The position numbers and the translations under genes were made by a program. Source: Macrostomum lignano (Eukaryota). From it: 64,000 bases of DNA. Where the stretch lies: the NCBI GenBank assembly GCA_002269645.1, contig NIVC01000513.1, positions 372,001-436,000 on the forward strand, given 5' to 3'. The notes under the pieces are model-generated. The model had not been told where the DNA came from. It saw nothing but the letters and a program-made list of their open reading frames with translations, and ran no database searches. Shown piece by piece: positions 1 through 16,169 of this stretch; positions within the stretch are counted from its first letter, which is position 1; each line of letters starts with the position of its first letter.

Positions 1-175
1 GGCGCCTTCCCTTAAAACGGCGCCTTCCCTTAAAACGGCGCCTTCCCTAAAAACGGCGGTACCCCAAAACGGCGCCTTCACCAAAATGGCACCTTTTATA
101 AAACGACACCTCCGTAACGAGCGCCTTCTCAAAACGGCGCCTTCTTTAAAACGGCGCCTTCCCCAAAACAGCGAC
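1..175. repeat. Short tandem repeat, ~17-bp unit (aaaacggcgccttccct), degenerating
   Basis: The unit is directly visible about 8 times from base 1, with variants to ~175. Confidence 0.85.
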
Positions 176-829
176 CCAAGAAATAATTCAATATTTAGGG
201 ACCGAAGCAGCTTTCTAATGACGCTACAGTTATACTCAATAATTCAATCTAAGCACAATTGCGTACTTATTTAAGAGTAACTTCGCTAGATTGAAAAACA
301 TGCAAAAGAAATCGAAATCGTATAAAATATTAATTAGGCGGCTAATGCTTCTGAGCAGGCGAATAACCGATAAGCGAAAGCCCTGGAGAGAGTGGGCCTG
401 GCAGGTGTTCTGCTTCAAACAACATCCGCATGCCCTCACTGCTCCTCACCGTCGGCTTTCCCATCTGTTGAGCGCTTGCCCTCGTCGTACGCAGAGGCAG
501 CATCAGACGCAGCATCTTGAGTAGGGCTCAAATCTGCAAAGGTTGGCGGCGAAAGGAAGCCTGACGCTTTTTGCGTCCGCAAATTCATGAAGACTGCCGC
601 GATGCATTTTTCAGCTAGAGGTGGGGGGGCAGCTTCAACTTGTCTGCCAATTTTGTTGAACAAAAGCGGAAATGGGTGACTGGAGCTTTGAGAACTTCAG
701 CACCTGTTCCAACACTGGGAGTTTGGAATTTCTGACACTTCTTCCACGTGTCCTGGCTTTTATGAGAATGGATTTTTATTGTTTAATATAGTTTGAAGCT
801 CACAGGTGCCAGAGTAGACGATTTGTGGA

Positions 830-1640
<811 letters not shown>

Positions 1641-1719
1641 GTCACTCACCGTCTCCCTGGTCCCAGGGTGCCACAGCGAAGGCATCAGCCCAAGGACAGG
1701 CCGCAATTGCTGCTACTAG

Positions 1720-1870
1720 CAGCACAGAAGCAGTAAGGCGCCGCGCAGTCTTTCTACTCGAGTCCATTTCCCGGCTGTCTGGCTGAAATCTCGGGCACAA
1801 AAATGTTCTGCAAAAGCCGCAAACAGCACTAGCTCGAGTTGGCGGTTTTATGCCAGACAGAACCGGTCAG
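1720..1870 (-). pseudogene. Possible degraded THAP-domain coding remnant
   Basis: The minus strand reads ...PPTRASAVC then, after a frameshift, AEHFCARDFSQTAGKWTRVERLRGAL, resembling the THAP C-x2-HF...RL..AVP core. A GTGAGT donor lies at ~1648, just before the GACA tract. Confidence 0.3.
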
Positions 1871-2334
1871 GATTCGCTGATGATCCGGAACTGGATTTCA
1901 GCCAATCGGATGTTGAGGATGTTGAGGTAGTAGGAGGAGGTTAGGAAGAATCCACTGGGTGCCTAAAAATGCAGATTTTCTTTCTTGCCAAATCGCATTA
2001 TTAAAGAAAAGATGAAGATTCTAGTAAAAATTGGATTATAGTGTATCTAACATTCTGTTGCAACGGTAACTTCCTTTAACCCAATTGTTACACAGTAGAG
2101 CCAAACCAGAATTTATACGTACTTCGAATTTCTGATTCCTTTTCTGGGTAAGGAACTGCTGAATCTGCGTGAATGAAATCACTTTTGTCACGCAGGTTAG
2201 AAAAGTGGAGCTCAAGAAGTTGCACTACCAAAGTTTACCTGAACTAATTTATATAACAAGTTTACTGTTCTTAACTGCTACTGTTTCTATTGTGTTGTGT
2301 CTAACTGAGTAAGTGACTGTAATCAGGATGACGT

Positions 2335-4385
2335 CTAACAGTATCACTATTGTGTCTAACAGTATCATCATTGTGTCTAACAGGATCATCATTGTGTCTA
2401 ACAGTATCACTATTGTGTCTAACAGTATCATCATTGTGTCTAACAGGATCATCATTGTGTCTAACAGTATCATCATTGTGTCTAACAGTATCACTATTGT
2501 GTCTAACAGGATCATCATTGTGTCTAACAGTATCACTATTGTGTCTAACAGTATCATCATTGTGTCTAACAGGATCATCATTGTGTCTAACAGTATCACT
2601 ATTGTGTCTAACAGTATCATCATTGTGTCTAACAGGATCATCATTGTGTCTAACAGTATCATCATTGTGTCTAACAGTATCACTATTGTGTCTAACAGGA
2701 TCATCATTGTGTCTAACAGTATCACTATTGTGTCTAACAGTATCATCATTGTGTCTAACAGTATCATCATTGTGTCTAACAGGATCATCATTGTGTCTAA
2801 CAGTATCATCATTGTGTCTAACAGGATCATCAGTGTGTCTAACAGTATCATCATTGTGTCTAACAGGATCATCATTGTGTCTAACAGTATCATCATTGTG
2901 TCTAACAGTATCACTATTGTGTCTAACAGTATCATCATTGTGTCTAACAGGATCATCATTGTGTCTAACAGTATCATCATTGTGTCTAACAGTATCATCA
3001 TTGTGTCTAACAGTATCATCATTGTGTCTAACAGTATCATCATTGTGTCTAACAGGATCATCAGTGTGTCTAACAGTATCATCATTGTGTCTAACAGTAT
3101 CATCATTGTGTCTAACAGGATCATCATTGTGTCTAACAGGATCATCATTGTGTCTAACAGGATCATCGTTGTGTCTAACAGGATCATCGTTGTGTCTAAC
3201 AGGATCATCAGTGTGTCTAACAGGATCATCAGTGTGCCTAACAGGATCATCAGTGTGTCTAGCAGTATCATCAGTGTGTCTAACAGGATCATCAGTGTGT
3301 CTAGCAGTATCATCATTGTGTCTAACAGGATCATCAGTGTGTCTAACAGGATCATCGTTGTGTCTAACAGGATCATCATTGTGTCTAACAAGATCATTTC
3401 TGTGTCTAACAGGATCATCAGTGTGCCTAACAGGATCATCAGTGTGTCTAACAGGATCGTCATTGTGTCTAACAAGATCATTTCTGTGTCTAACAGGATC
3501 ATCAGTGTGCCTAACAGGATCATCAGTGTGTCTAACAGGATCATCGTTGTGTCTAACAGGATTATCAGTGTGTCTAACAGGATCATCAGTGTGTCTAACA
3601 GGATCATCAGTGTGTCTAAAAGGATCATCAGTGTGTCTAGCAGTATCATCAGTGTGTCTAACAGGATCATCAGTGTGTCTAGCAGTATCATCAGTGTGTC
3701 TAACAGGATCATCAGTGTGTCTAGCAGTATCATCAGTGTGTCTAACAGGATCATCAGTGTGTCTAACAGGATCATCGTTGTGTCTAGCAGTATCATCATT
3801 GTGTCTAACAAGATCATTTCTGTGTCTAACAGGATCATTTCTGTGTCTAACAGGATCATCAGTGTGCCTAACAGGATCATCATTGTGTCTAACAGGATCA
3901 TCGTTGTGTCTAACAGGATCATCATTGTGTCTAGCAGTATCATCATTGTGTCTAACATGATCATCATTGTGTCTAACAGGATCATCATTGTGTCTAGCAG
4001 TATCATCATTGTGTCTAACAGGATCATCAGTGTATCTAACAGGATCATCATTGTGTCTAACAGGATCATCATTGTGTCTAACAGGATAATTATTGTGTCT
4101 AACAGGATCATCATTGTGTCTAGCAATATCATCATTGTGTCTAACATGATCATCATTGTGTCTAACAGGATCATCATTGTGTCTAGCAGTATCATCATTG
4201 TGTCTAACAGGATCATCAGTGTATCTAACAGGATCATCATTCTGTCTAACAGGAGCATTCTTGTGTCTAACAGGACCATGATTGTGTCTGACAGGATCAT
4301 GATTGTGTCTAACAGGATCATCATTGTGTCTAACAGGATCATTGTTGTGTCTAACAGGATCATCATTGTGTCTAACAGGATCGCC
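2335..4385. repeat. 21-bp minisatellite (tgtgtctaacaggatcatcat), ~97 copies
   Basis: Visible 21-bp period; it produces the 722-aa heptad pseudo-ORFs on both strands. Confidence 0.98.
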
Positions 4386-4779
4386 ATAGTAACTATCATG
4401 GTACTGGCTGTGCTCAATCTACAATATATTCTCAGTCCAGATGAACTTTACATTCGTACTGTTAGTACATGCTGCTATTAATCCAGCTCACTGATTTGTT
4501 TTATTAAGCCGCAGCTTAATCCCTGGGAAAGTGCGGTTGATAATGTTCTGTAATTTTCTTTCTACACGAGTATCGCTGGGTTTTGTATGACTCTGATCCG
4601 GTCGAAAATTTAATTTTTGTATAATATGTGGCACAGCTAGTTCTGATTAATTTCAAGCATACGGCTGTTAGAACTGATCAGCTGAGGTGTCTTGAACAAA
4701 GCTTTCCGTCTGCAAGGGAAGTTTGACGAAAACGCGAACTCGATTTTTTTCGAGCTTAGAATTTAACATCGCAATTGCC

Positions 4780-5270
4780 ATAGTCTTTGTTGTAGCGCCA
4801 TAGTCTTTGTTCTAGTACATAGTCTTTGTTCTAGCGCCACAGTCTTTGTTCTAGTACACAGTCTTTGTTGTAGCGCCATAGTCTTTGCGCTAGCTTCAAT
4901 CTTTGCCCCAGCATCAGTCTTTGCCCTAGGGCCATAGTCTTTGTGTCTAGTGCCATAGTCTTTGTTCTAGCGCCACAGTTTTTGTTCTAGCGCCATAGTT
5001 TCTGTGTCTAGCGCCATAGTCTTTGTTCTAGCGCCATAGTCTCTGTGTCTAGCGCCATAGTATTTGTTCTAGCGCCATAGTGTCCGTTCTAGCGCCATAG
5101 TCTTTGTTCTAGCGCCATAGTCTTGGTGTCTAGCGCCATAGTCTTTGTTCTAGCGCCACAGTCTTTGTTCTAGCGCCATAGTCTCTGTGTCTAGCGCCAT
5201 AATCTTTGTTCTAGCGCCATAGTATTTTTATAGCGCCATAGTCTTTGTTCTAGTGCAACAGTGTTCATTC
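4780..5270. repeat. 20-22-bp minisatellite (tagcgccatagtctttgttc)
   Basis: Visible tandem array. Confidence 0.95.
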
Positions 5271-5476
5271 TAGCGTCACAACCCTGGTGTCAAAGCCGCA
5301 ATCGGTACAAGTTGTTAAATATTTCAATTAACGCTTATTGGCATGAGTTTTTACCATAGAAAGCTTAAGTAAGGTAAAAAGAAATATTTATAATCGAAAT
5401 TATACCGCAGCAGTAATGTTAAGTTTGAAGAAAAAATATCACAGACGCCAGCCGTAGATTAGCTACTCACTAAAAG

Positions 5477-7680
5477 ATGTCTAAACTCCAAGAGAAACCT
5501 CAGAAGCTCAATAATTTCGATCAGCAATCTCAGGTTAGAAATCGAGCTGAAAGCAGAGATCTAGGCGTGGGCGGCAAAGGGTTTAGCATCAGAATTAGCG
5601 ACAGAAAAAGCAGTACAGAGCAGAGCGAGTCCAGCACCTGCTGCAGCAGCAGTACGGATGGCTATGACTCAGTTTGCGACGACTGCTCAGTGACCGATGG
5701 CGAGATGACGCACGGCGCGGCGGTCGTGTCGGAGAACTGCAACAACAGCGGCATCGGGTTCAGGCAGAACCGGGAGCTGGTGAGGGCCAGGCTGCGGAAA
5801 CGGCGGCTGTTAAGGAAGCTGAAGAGAATGAAGAGCCAGCGGAGCTTGATTGGCAGGTAAGGATTAGTTTGATTGACAGGTGAATGAGGAATAGCTTGAT
5901 TGACAGGTGAGGATTAGTTTGATTGACAAGTGAATGAGGAATAGCTTGATTGACAGGTGAGGATTAGTTTGATTGACAAGTGAATGAGGAATAGCTTGAT
6001 TGACAGGTGAGGATTAGTTTGATTGACAGGTGAATGAGAAATAGCTTGATTGGCAGGCAAGGATTAGTTTGATTGACAGGTGAATGAGAAATAGCTTGAT
6101 TGACAGGTAAGGATTAGTTTGATTGACAGGTGAATGAGAAATAGCTTGATTGGCAGGCAAGGATTAGTTTGATTGACAGGTGAATGAGAAATAGCTTGAT
6201 TGACAGGTAAGGATTAGTTTGATTGACAGGTGAATGAGAAATAGCTTGATTGACAGGTAAGGATTAGTTTGATTGACAAGTGAATGAGGAATAGCTTGAT
6301 TGACAGGTGAGGATTAGTTTGATTGACAGGTGAATGAGGAATAGCTTGATTGACAGGTGAGGATTAGTTTGATGGACAGGTGAATCAGAAATAGCTTGAT
6401 TGGCTGGTGAGATAAGTCTTTTCGGGCCAGTTGAAAATCCCCAACGCATTTGCCTCTGCAGAGATCTGTCTGGCGCGTCTGCAACTGCCAACAACAACAG
6501 CGAAGGTGATCAGCAGCCTCGGAACCAGCAGCAGCTTCAACTCAGCACTTCAACAGCCACGGACACCTTGGCTGCTGTGGACAACCTACGCGGCCGAATG
6601 GACAACAAAATCCGTTCAGCCATCGACAACTTGAACGGCACGTTCGACTCGCTGATGCAGTTGAACGCCTCCGAGAACTGCTGCCGCGGTAGGCAGTCGG
6701 TGGCCGAGTTGGACGAATCAGAAATCAGCACCGACTGGGTCGCTGCCGAAGTGTCGCCGGCTCCAGAAATCGTTGAGGACTTCGAGGGTCCTCACCGGCA
6801 GACAACCAGCGAGCTGTCCTCCTGCGGCTCGTCAAGCTGGTGTCCGCTCAACGTGCTGTACGACCGGCAGCACTATTACCCGGGGAAGAAGCAGCGCGAG
6901 CTGCAGCACAAGGAGGCGCTGGCGGCCGTAGCGCTCAGGAGGCAGAACCGGAGGCAGCTGCGGCACTGGCAGAAGCAGCAGCCGAAGCACCAGCTGGTGC
7001 CGCAGCTGTTGCGCCGGCAACGGCACCTGCCAAAGAAGCCGAAGCGGGTCCGGCAGCGCCGAAGCTCGAAGGAGTCGGCCAGAGAAGAGTCGGATCTGGT
7101 CCTGCAGGAGCAGATTGTTGCCGAGGAGGTCGTCCAGTTTCCACTCACGGCCGGCTACCTGGCAAAACGACTTGACGGTCTCGAAGCGCTGCTGCTGACG
7201 ATGCAAGAGAACTCCAGCGGCCAAAACAGACACCTGCTGCTGCGGTTGAAGCGCAAGGTGGCCACTTATAACGACGCACTTCTGCTGCTGAACGCCAAGG
7301 AGCTGCACGGCCGCGTCCAGCAGCAGCACCGGCTTCTGCAGCGTCGCTGGAACTTCCGCCGCAACTGGGGCCCGATCGCCGCCGCCTCCAGGAAGATGTG
7401 CAGCGCCGCCAAAGACGGCTACGTGCCGGAAGGCGGCGCCACGCAATTGGATCGGCGCGACCGATGGCTGCTGAGGTTCCTGCCGGATCAGCATCGCGGA
7501 ATCCTGCCCCGCCTGCTGGAGGGTGTCGAGTTCAACGACGACTACGAAGAGGCTGCGGCGGATGTCGGCATCAAGCTGAAGCTGCCCCGGGCCCGCGGGC
7601 GGGGCTCCACGGCCTGCCACAACATGCGGGACGCGCACGAGGATGCCATCAGGCGGTACAAGTACGCAGTGCTCTCCTAG
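5477..7680 (+). CDS. Uncharacterised two-exon protein, ~532 aa: join(5477..5856,6462..7680)
   Basis: ATG at 5477. Donor AG|GTAAGG at 5857 (phase 2) joins acceptor TGCCTCTGCAG|A at 6461 in the frame of the 426-aa ORF; the spliced length of 1599 nt is a multiple of 3. GC-rich coding-like composition, and AATAAA at ~7908. No domain recognised. Confidence 0.75.
5861..6410. repeat. 50-bp intronic tandem repeat, 11 copies, containing the splice-donor sequence
   Basis: ggattagttt recurs at 5861, 5911 ... 6361. The unit ends in agcttgattg(g/a)caggt(a/g)a, matching the exon-intron junction at 5843-5860. Confidence 0.95.
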
Positions 7681-8159
7681 AGATTGATAAAACCCATTAG
7701 ATGCTACTTATAAATTGGCGTTTAGTAGTGTGAAAAACATTTTAATTAATAATTTTTTGTCGGATAAATATGTATTTGTTTTTAGTCCGTTCAGAACTTG
7801 CAATTACACAATAACAATTTTCATTGCAATTACTGTCTGCATAATGCTGTTTTGTGTTATTTTCACTAGTGCACAGGTACATGTATTTTCAATGCAGATA
7901 AAATACAAATAAACAATGCCAATGTTTCAAAAACTTTTCTGGACTACGCTCGGTGTAAAAAATTTCACCATGGCAGTATTAAAAAGGAATGAATGATATC
8001 ATAATTAAACTCCAGCGCAATGTATATTTGTACACATTTTATTACTATATCCTTCTCTCAATTAAATAAGTTTAAGACTAACCGTAGGGAAGTTTCTGTG
8101 TCTTCAAACCCTTTAATGTTTTCTGTCGTGACGTAAGAGGGAATGTAGGTGTTGTAACT

Positions 8160-9650
8160 CGGGTGTCAGGGAGTCAAATTATGGGTGTCAGGGACGTTAA
8201 TTATGGGGTGTCAGGGACTTCAAATTATGGGTGTCAGGGATGTCAAATTATGGGTGTCAGGGATGTCAAATTATGGGGTGTCAGGAACGTCAATTATGGG
8301 GTGTCAGGAACGTCAATTATGGGGTGTCAGGAACGTCAATTATGGGGTGTCAGGGACGTCAAATTATGGGTGTCAGGGACGTCAAATTATGGGTGTCAGG
8401 GACGTCAAATTATGGGTGTCAGGGATGTCAAATTATGGGTGTCAGGGACGTCAATTATGGGTGTCAGGGATGTCAAATTATGGGTGTCAGGGATGTCAAA
8501 TTATGGGTGTCAGGGATGTCAAATTATGGGTGTCAGGGATGTCAAATTATGGGTGTCAGGGACGTTAATTATGGGTGTCAGGGACGTTAATTATGGGTGT
8601 CAGGGACGTCAATTATGGGTGTCAGGAACGTCAATTATGGGTGTCAGGAACGTCAATTATGGGTGTCAGGGACGTCAATTATGGGTGTCAGGGATGTCAA
8701 ATTATGGGTTTCAGGGACTTCAAATTATGGGTGTCAGGGACTTCAAATTATGGGTGTCAGGGACTTCAAATTATGGGTGTCAGGGACGTCAATTATGGGT
8801 GTCAGGGACGTCAATTATGGGTGTCAGGGACGTCAAATTATGGGTGTCAGGGACGTCAATTATGGGTGTCAGGGACGTCAAATTATGGGGTGTCAGGAAC
8901 GTCAATTATGGGTGTCAGGGACGTCAATTATGGGTGTCAGGGACTTCAAATTATGGGTGTCAGGGACGTCAAATTATGGGTGTCAGGGACGTCAAATTAT
9001 GGGGTGTCAGGGACGTCAAATTATGGGTGTCAGGGACTTCAAATTATGGGTGTCAGGGACGTCAAATTATGGGTGTCAGGGACGTCAATTATGGGTGTCA
9101 GGGACGTCAAATTATGGGTGTCAGGGACGTCAATTATGGGTGTCAGGGACGTCAATTATGGGTGTCAGGGACGTCAATTATGGGTGTCAGGGACGTCAAT
9201 TATGGGTGTCAGGGACGTCAAATTATGGGTGTCAGGGACGTCAATTATGGGTGTCAGGGACGTCAAATTATGGGGTGTCAGGAACGTCAATTATGGGTGT
9301 CAGGGACGTCAATTATGGGTGTCAGGGACTTCAAATTATGGGTGTCAGGGACGTCAAATTATGGGTGTCAGGGACGTCAAATTATGGGGTGTCAGGGACG
9401 TCAAATTATGGGTGTCAGGGACTTCAAATTATGGGTGTCAGGGACGTCAAATTATGGGTGTCAGGGACGTCAATTATGGGTGTCAGGGACGTCAAATTAT
9501 GGGTGTCAGGGACGTCAAATTATGGGTGTCAGGGACGTCAATTATGGGTGTCAGGGACGTCAATTATGGGTGTCAGGGACGTCAATTATGGGTGTCAGGG
9601 ACGTCAAATTATGGGATGTCAAGGACGCCAAATTATCGGTGTCAGGGACT
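8160..9650. repeat. 21-23-bp minisatellite (gggtgtcagggacgtcaaattat)
   Basis: Visible tandem array; it accounts for the GCQGRQ/WVSGTS pseudo-ORFs. Confidence 0.98.
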
Positions 9651-9863
9651 CCAGTTATGGATGTTGGGAGTGTGGCTGTCAAGGGGCGGAACAGGGAAAA
9701 TACGAGCGCCGTAAAACCCGCCAAATATTGACACTTCGGGAAAATTTGCAACAAAATTGCATGAACCTAAGGAATTAGCAAATCAAGCTACTGAAAGTAG
9801 AGAGCAATCACCAAACATTTGCCGGCTATGATTATAAAAGTTTTACGCAATTTTATGACAAAA

Positions 9864-12287
<2,424 letters not shown>

Positions 12288-14369
12288 GCTGGCGTGGGGT
12301 CGCTTAGAAGTCTCAGAGCTGCTGGCTGGAAACAGAGAAGTGTTAGTACTTTAGTAAAGTGCATTTTTACTAAAACAGTCTTCGGACTTTAAAAGCCAAA
12401 GACCTTTGAAACTAATCTAAAAGTGAAATGCTGGAATAATTGAAATAGTTAGTTCATTCAAACTTTTTTAAACAAAAAAATTCTCTAAAATATAATCTGA
12501 ATAAACAGTTTTTGGTATTGTACATAAAAACCAATACATGGCTAGCTATAAGAAGGATGGCAATAGAGATATGGAAATTTATAACCTATTTAAAATATGA
12601 GAAGGAAACCATGACTTCCAGAAATATTAGCAAGTTCAGACAGACAGAGGAAAGACAGGCACACACACACACATACAGAGAGAAAGACAGACAGACTTCT
12701 AATATAAAAAGTGAGTTTCAAGACTGCCTTTTCTGAAAAAGACAGAGTAATCTTCTATGTTCTAATAAATATAGAGTACCAAATTACAAATACTCCACAA
12801 GGGCTAAAGCGTGCACCTTTGTCTTTTAAGGTAGACTCTCTGAAATAGAACTAGAAGTAATTATAAATAAAAATATTAGTATGTTGATTGAAGCAGTCGA
12901 TGATTCGATGTATTTTTTTTGTATGATGTATATAACATATATTGTATAAGGCGGTTATCCGTCAGAATCTTTTAAAAGTAAAATGGTTTTTTTAGTTTCA
13001 AAGAAAACAAATATACCTTAAGACATCGGTTTTCGCTCGTACTTACGAAAAACCACTGTTAAAAATAAAATTGAACTGCACATGTTAAATTAGATGCTGC
13101 TAAGGCAACAACGCACTGAATAAAAAGTCAATTATTGTAATATTTAGAAAATAAGTTTTTTAACATGTCTCTAAAGAGAGTGTACAGTTCAAGGAGCAGT
13201 CAACAGTAATACTATAAATAAATTGTTTTACCTATCATCCATAAAAAATCATTACGTCCCATAAATTTGAATAATGCCTATATGTATTACACTAACATGT
13301 GCAGTGCATTATTAAGTGTGTTATATTGCACCACTCTCGGACCTCAGCTGCCATGTTACTTCTTTACTTATTTAATTTTCTGCTTTTGTGGCAAAATGGT
13401 ATTAATTGCAAGCATTGTATTTAATTTCAGTAGGCTTTGGTAGCACTTCAATGACATAATAGACAATAGTAACTTGTAAGAAAGCATAACCTGCAGGCTG
13501 CAATCTGCATAAGGCGTAGGCCTAGTATATGTATACTATGGCATGATATAGAAATCATAAACATTATTTTCAATTTTAGTACTTAGCCACTCATTCTATT
13601 ATTAGTATAGCAGACTCAAATATGTCATATGATGAGGATTGGCTAAAATTCAACTTAGGTCAACAGTCTACTTTAGAAATGAAGGTCTAGTCTTTAAAAT
13701 TAAAATGTTTCTCCTAGTCCTAATATCAGTTGACTTAATTAAGTTGTATCGCTTTCACTATGTTTCAATGTTGGCAAAATTGCACTTTATTAGATTAAAA
13801 CCAAACAAGCCATCAAAAATTTGATTTGTTAAAAGATAATTTGTCAAGACTCAAATATAGCAATTGGACAGATTGTTTATTCTATATATATTTATATAAA
13901 AACTATATAACATATAACAAATATATAGCTACATGATATATCTATAACATTTTATAATAGTTGCAATTTGTTTACCATTGTTGTTGTTATTGTTCTTTTT
14001 TGTTATATTTAAGATTTGAATAAAATTTTATTAATTTTAGTCAAAATTAACATTTTTATTTCATTTTTTATTTTTAATCTATTAATGTGATTGCAACAAA
14101 AAAAAGTATTTATAATAGTAGACTAACTACTCATCTGCTAGTTGTAAAGATTTTGACATCTAACTTTTGATAAAACCAAGTAAGTGTTCATCTGTAAATA
14201 TACTAAAAGCAACGCAATGTTTTTGTGTATGTTGCAAATTTTATACCTTTAAAAAATGAAAGCTCTGTGTCTGTTTATGTGTGTACAATTTTGTGCACTA
14301 TGGACTCCCAAACTGACCAACCAAATGAGGCCACACTTTTTACCCAAACCCACCCTAACCTCACCCTTT

Positions 14370-15010
14370 CCTCAGAGTAGAGGAAAGAGAAAAGAAGAGG
14401 AAAGATAGGGATGAAAATAGGGGAGAGGAGAGGGCAAAGAAAGAGAATAGGAGAGTGAAGAGAGAAGTGAAAGGAGAGAGGAGAGAAAAAGGGAAAGAAG
14501 ATGGAGAGAAGCGAGATGAGAGTAGAGAAGGGAGAGAGGAGCAATGAGCGAGAGGAGAGAGAAGAGGGGATTAATGAGAAAGAGTAGGGAGAGGAGAGAA
14601 GCTAAAGGAGAGGGTAGAGGGGAAAGGGAGAGCGGGGAGAGAGAGGAAAGAAAGTAGAGGGGATAGAGAAGAGAAGGGAGAGGAGAGATGAGGTAGTGGA
14701 GACAGAGAGGAGACAAAATAGAAAAGAAGATAGATGAGAGAGTAGAGAGGAGAAAAGAGATGAGAGTAATGTGATTAAGATGATAGATGAGATAACAAAG
14801 AAGAGGATAGAGGAAAGAAAAGAGAGGAGAAGTGACAGAAGAGAAGAGTGAGGAGGGAGGATAGAGAAAAGAAGAAAAAAGTTTCAAAGGACCTGAAGGA
14901 TGGCGAAATAGAGAGGCCAGAGTTGGCCAAAACATGGTTAGACAGGCATTGCCCTGCCATTTTGTGAGGCACCCCAGCTAATGAGATGAGATCAATGCTT
15001 GCCTCAAGTC
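14370..15010. repeat. Purine-rich low-complexity tract plus a motif shared with the 18-kb foldback element
   Basis: An AG-rich run is followed by aagtttcaaaggacc(t/c)gaa, also seen at ~18181. Confidence 0.6.
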
Positions 15011-15549
15011 TTAATTTAGCAAAAATTTACTCCATTTTCCGTTTACCACTGTCCTATATATTCTAGAAAGTTTTTTAATATTACTTGTATCCTGTATCTT
15101 ACAATAATATTATAAAGCAAAATATCATACAAAAATTTTTGACCTACTATGGACCATCTATGGAAATTTCATGCCTTACTATTGACAAACAGTTATGATA
15201 GTCGGGGCCTCGAAGGAAATACGAGTATATATTTTAGCTCATATTAATCTTATAGAATTTGACTACATGCCTCTTGATTCTTAGTATCAAGACCTAGAAG
15301 ATAAAATCGACGACTATTGTTGATTCATCCCTCAACACAACCTTCAACGACAGACAGCCTTCAGCACTCCATCACTTCTCACAGCATGACCAAATAAGTG
15401 GATTTTCTTCCTCTTGATCAGATACAGATTCACAAAGCCGTCCACCTCCTTTCTGCAGATTTTTTCACTTTATTTTTAATCTAGTTGTTAGTCTAGATCT
15501 ATCGATGAATAAAAAAACATAAATGCAGTTTTTCTTGTCTTTCCAGAAA

Positions 15550-16095
15550 ATGTCCGAGTCTGCAGAGGATAATAGTAATATTCAGCAGTTGATCAGCTCA
15601 TTCAGCTGCGCTATTTGCGGCCTAAGATTTAGCCTGTCTTCACAGTCAAAGTGCAGATACTTTCGGCACGTTCAGAGGCATGGGCTGCAGATGGACTCTA
15701 CTTTTGTGGCTAGGAGTGAGACCTCCGAGCCGCAGCAACCCGACATTCGGAGCTCTAAGCAGCGTTTTCATTGCACCCATTGCGATCAAAGCTTTACGAA
15801 TAAGCATCTTCTCTATACTCACAGCTTTACTCACTCCGAGGTTCGGCTTTTTAAATGCGACCACTGCCGCGCCGATTTTAAGGTGCTGTCAGCTCTGTGT
15901 AGGCACAGGAAAATTCACTCGGCTGATAAACCGTTTCAGTGCGGCTACTGCAACAAGCGATTTCATCGTCGCGATCATTATCGCCTGCACGAAATGGTGC
16001 ACACACGAACTAGGCCGTTCGGCTGTCAGCTGTGCGAGCATCGATTCAAGTCTAGGGCTGACCAGAGGAGGCACCAGCTGAAAGCTCACGCTTGA
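15550..16095 (+). CDS. C2H2 zinc-finger protein (4 canonical fingers plus 1 atypical), ~181 aa
   Basis: Fingers are FHCTHC..H..TH, FKCDHC..HRKIH-SADKP, FQCGYC..HEMVH-TRTRP and FGCQLC..HQLKAH, with TGEKP-like linkers. Acceptor TTTCCAG at 15546 lies just before ATG 15550. Confidence 0.9.
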   Translation: MSESAEDNSNIQQLISSFSCAICGLRFSLSSQSKCRYFRHVQRHGLQMDSTFVARSETSEPQQPDIRSSKQRFHCTHCDQSFTNKHLLYTHSFTHSEVRLFKCDHCRADFKVLSALCRHRKIHSADKPFQCGYCNKRFHRRDHYRLHEMVHTRTRPFGCQLCEHRFKSRADQRRHQLKAHA

Positions 16096-16169
16096 CTCTG
16101 GCCGCTACTGACTTAATGTTGGGTTAATAACTCTATATCTAAACCTAGCTTAAAATCGTCGGTTGTCAA

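Noticed and set aside
2249-4481. 722-aa and 536-aa heptad ORFs on both strands
   Set aside because: A stop-free 21-bp minisatellite is open in several frames, with no unique protein context.
5861-6410. CRISPR-like appearance of regularly spaced repeats (also 17588-17802 and 31300-31810)
   Set aside because: Units are contiguous with no unique spacers, no cas genes are present, and the context is eukaryotic.
6832-7638. 268-aa minus-strand ORF
   Set aside because: Antisense shadow of the GC-rich exon at 6462-7680.
8163-9778. Long Cys/Gly-rich ORFs up to 522 aa
   Set aside because: Overlapping in all three frames; produced by the 21-23-bp minisatellite.
14275-14972. Leu/Ser/Phe-rich membrane-protein-like ORFs
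   Set aside because: Translation of AG/CT low-complexity DNA.
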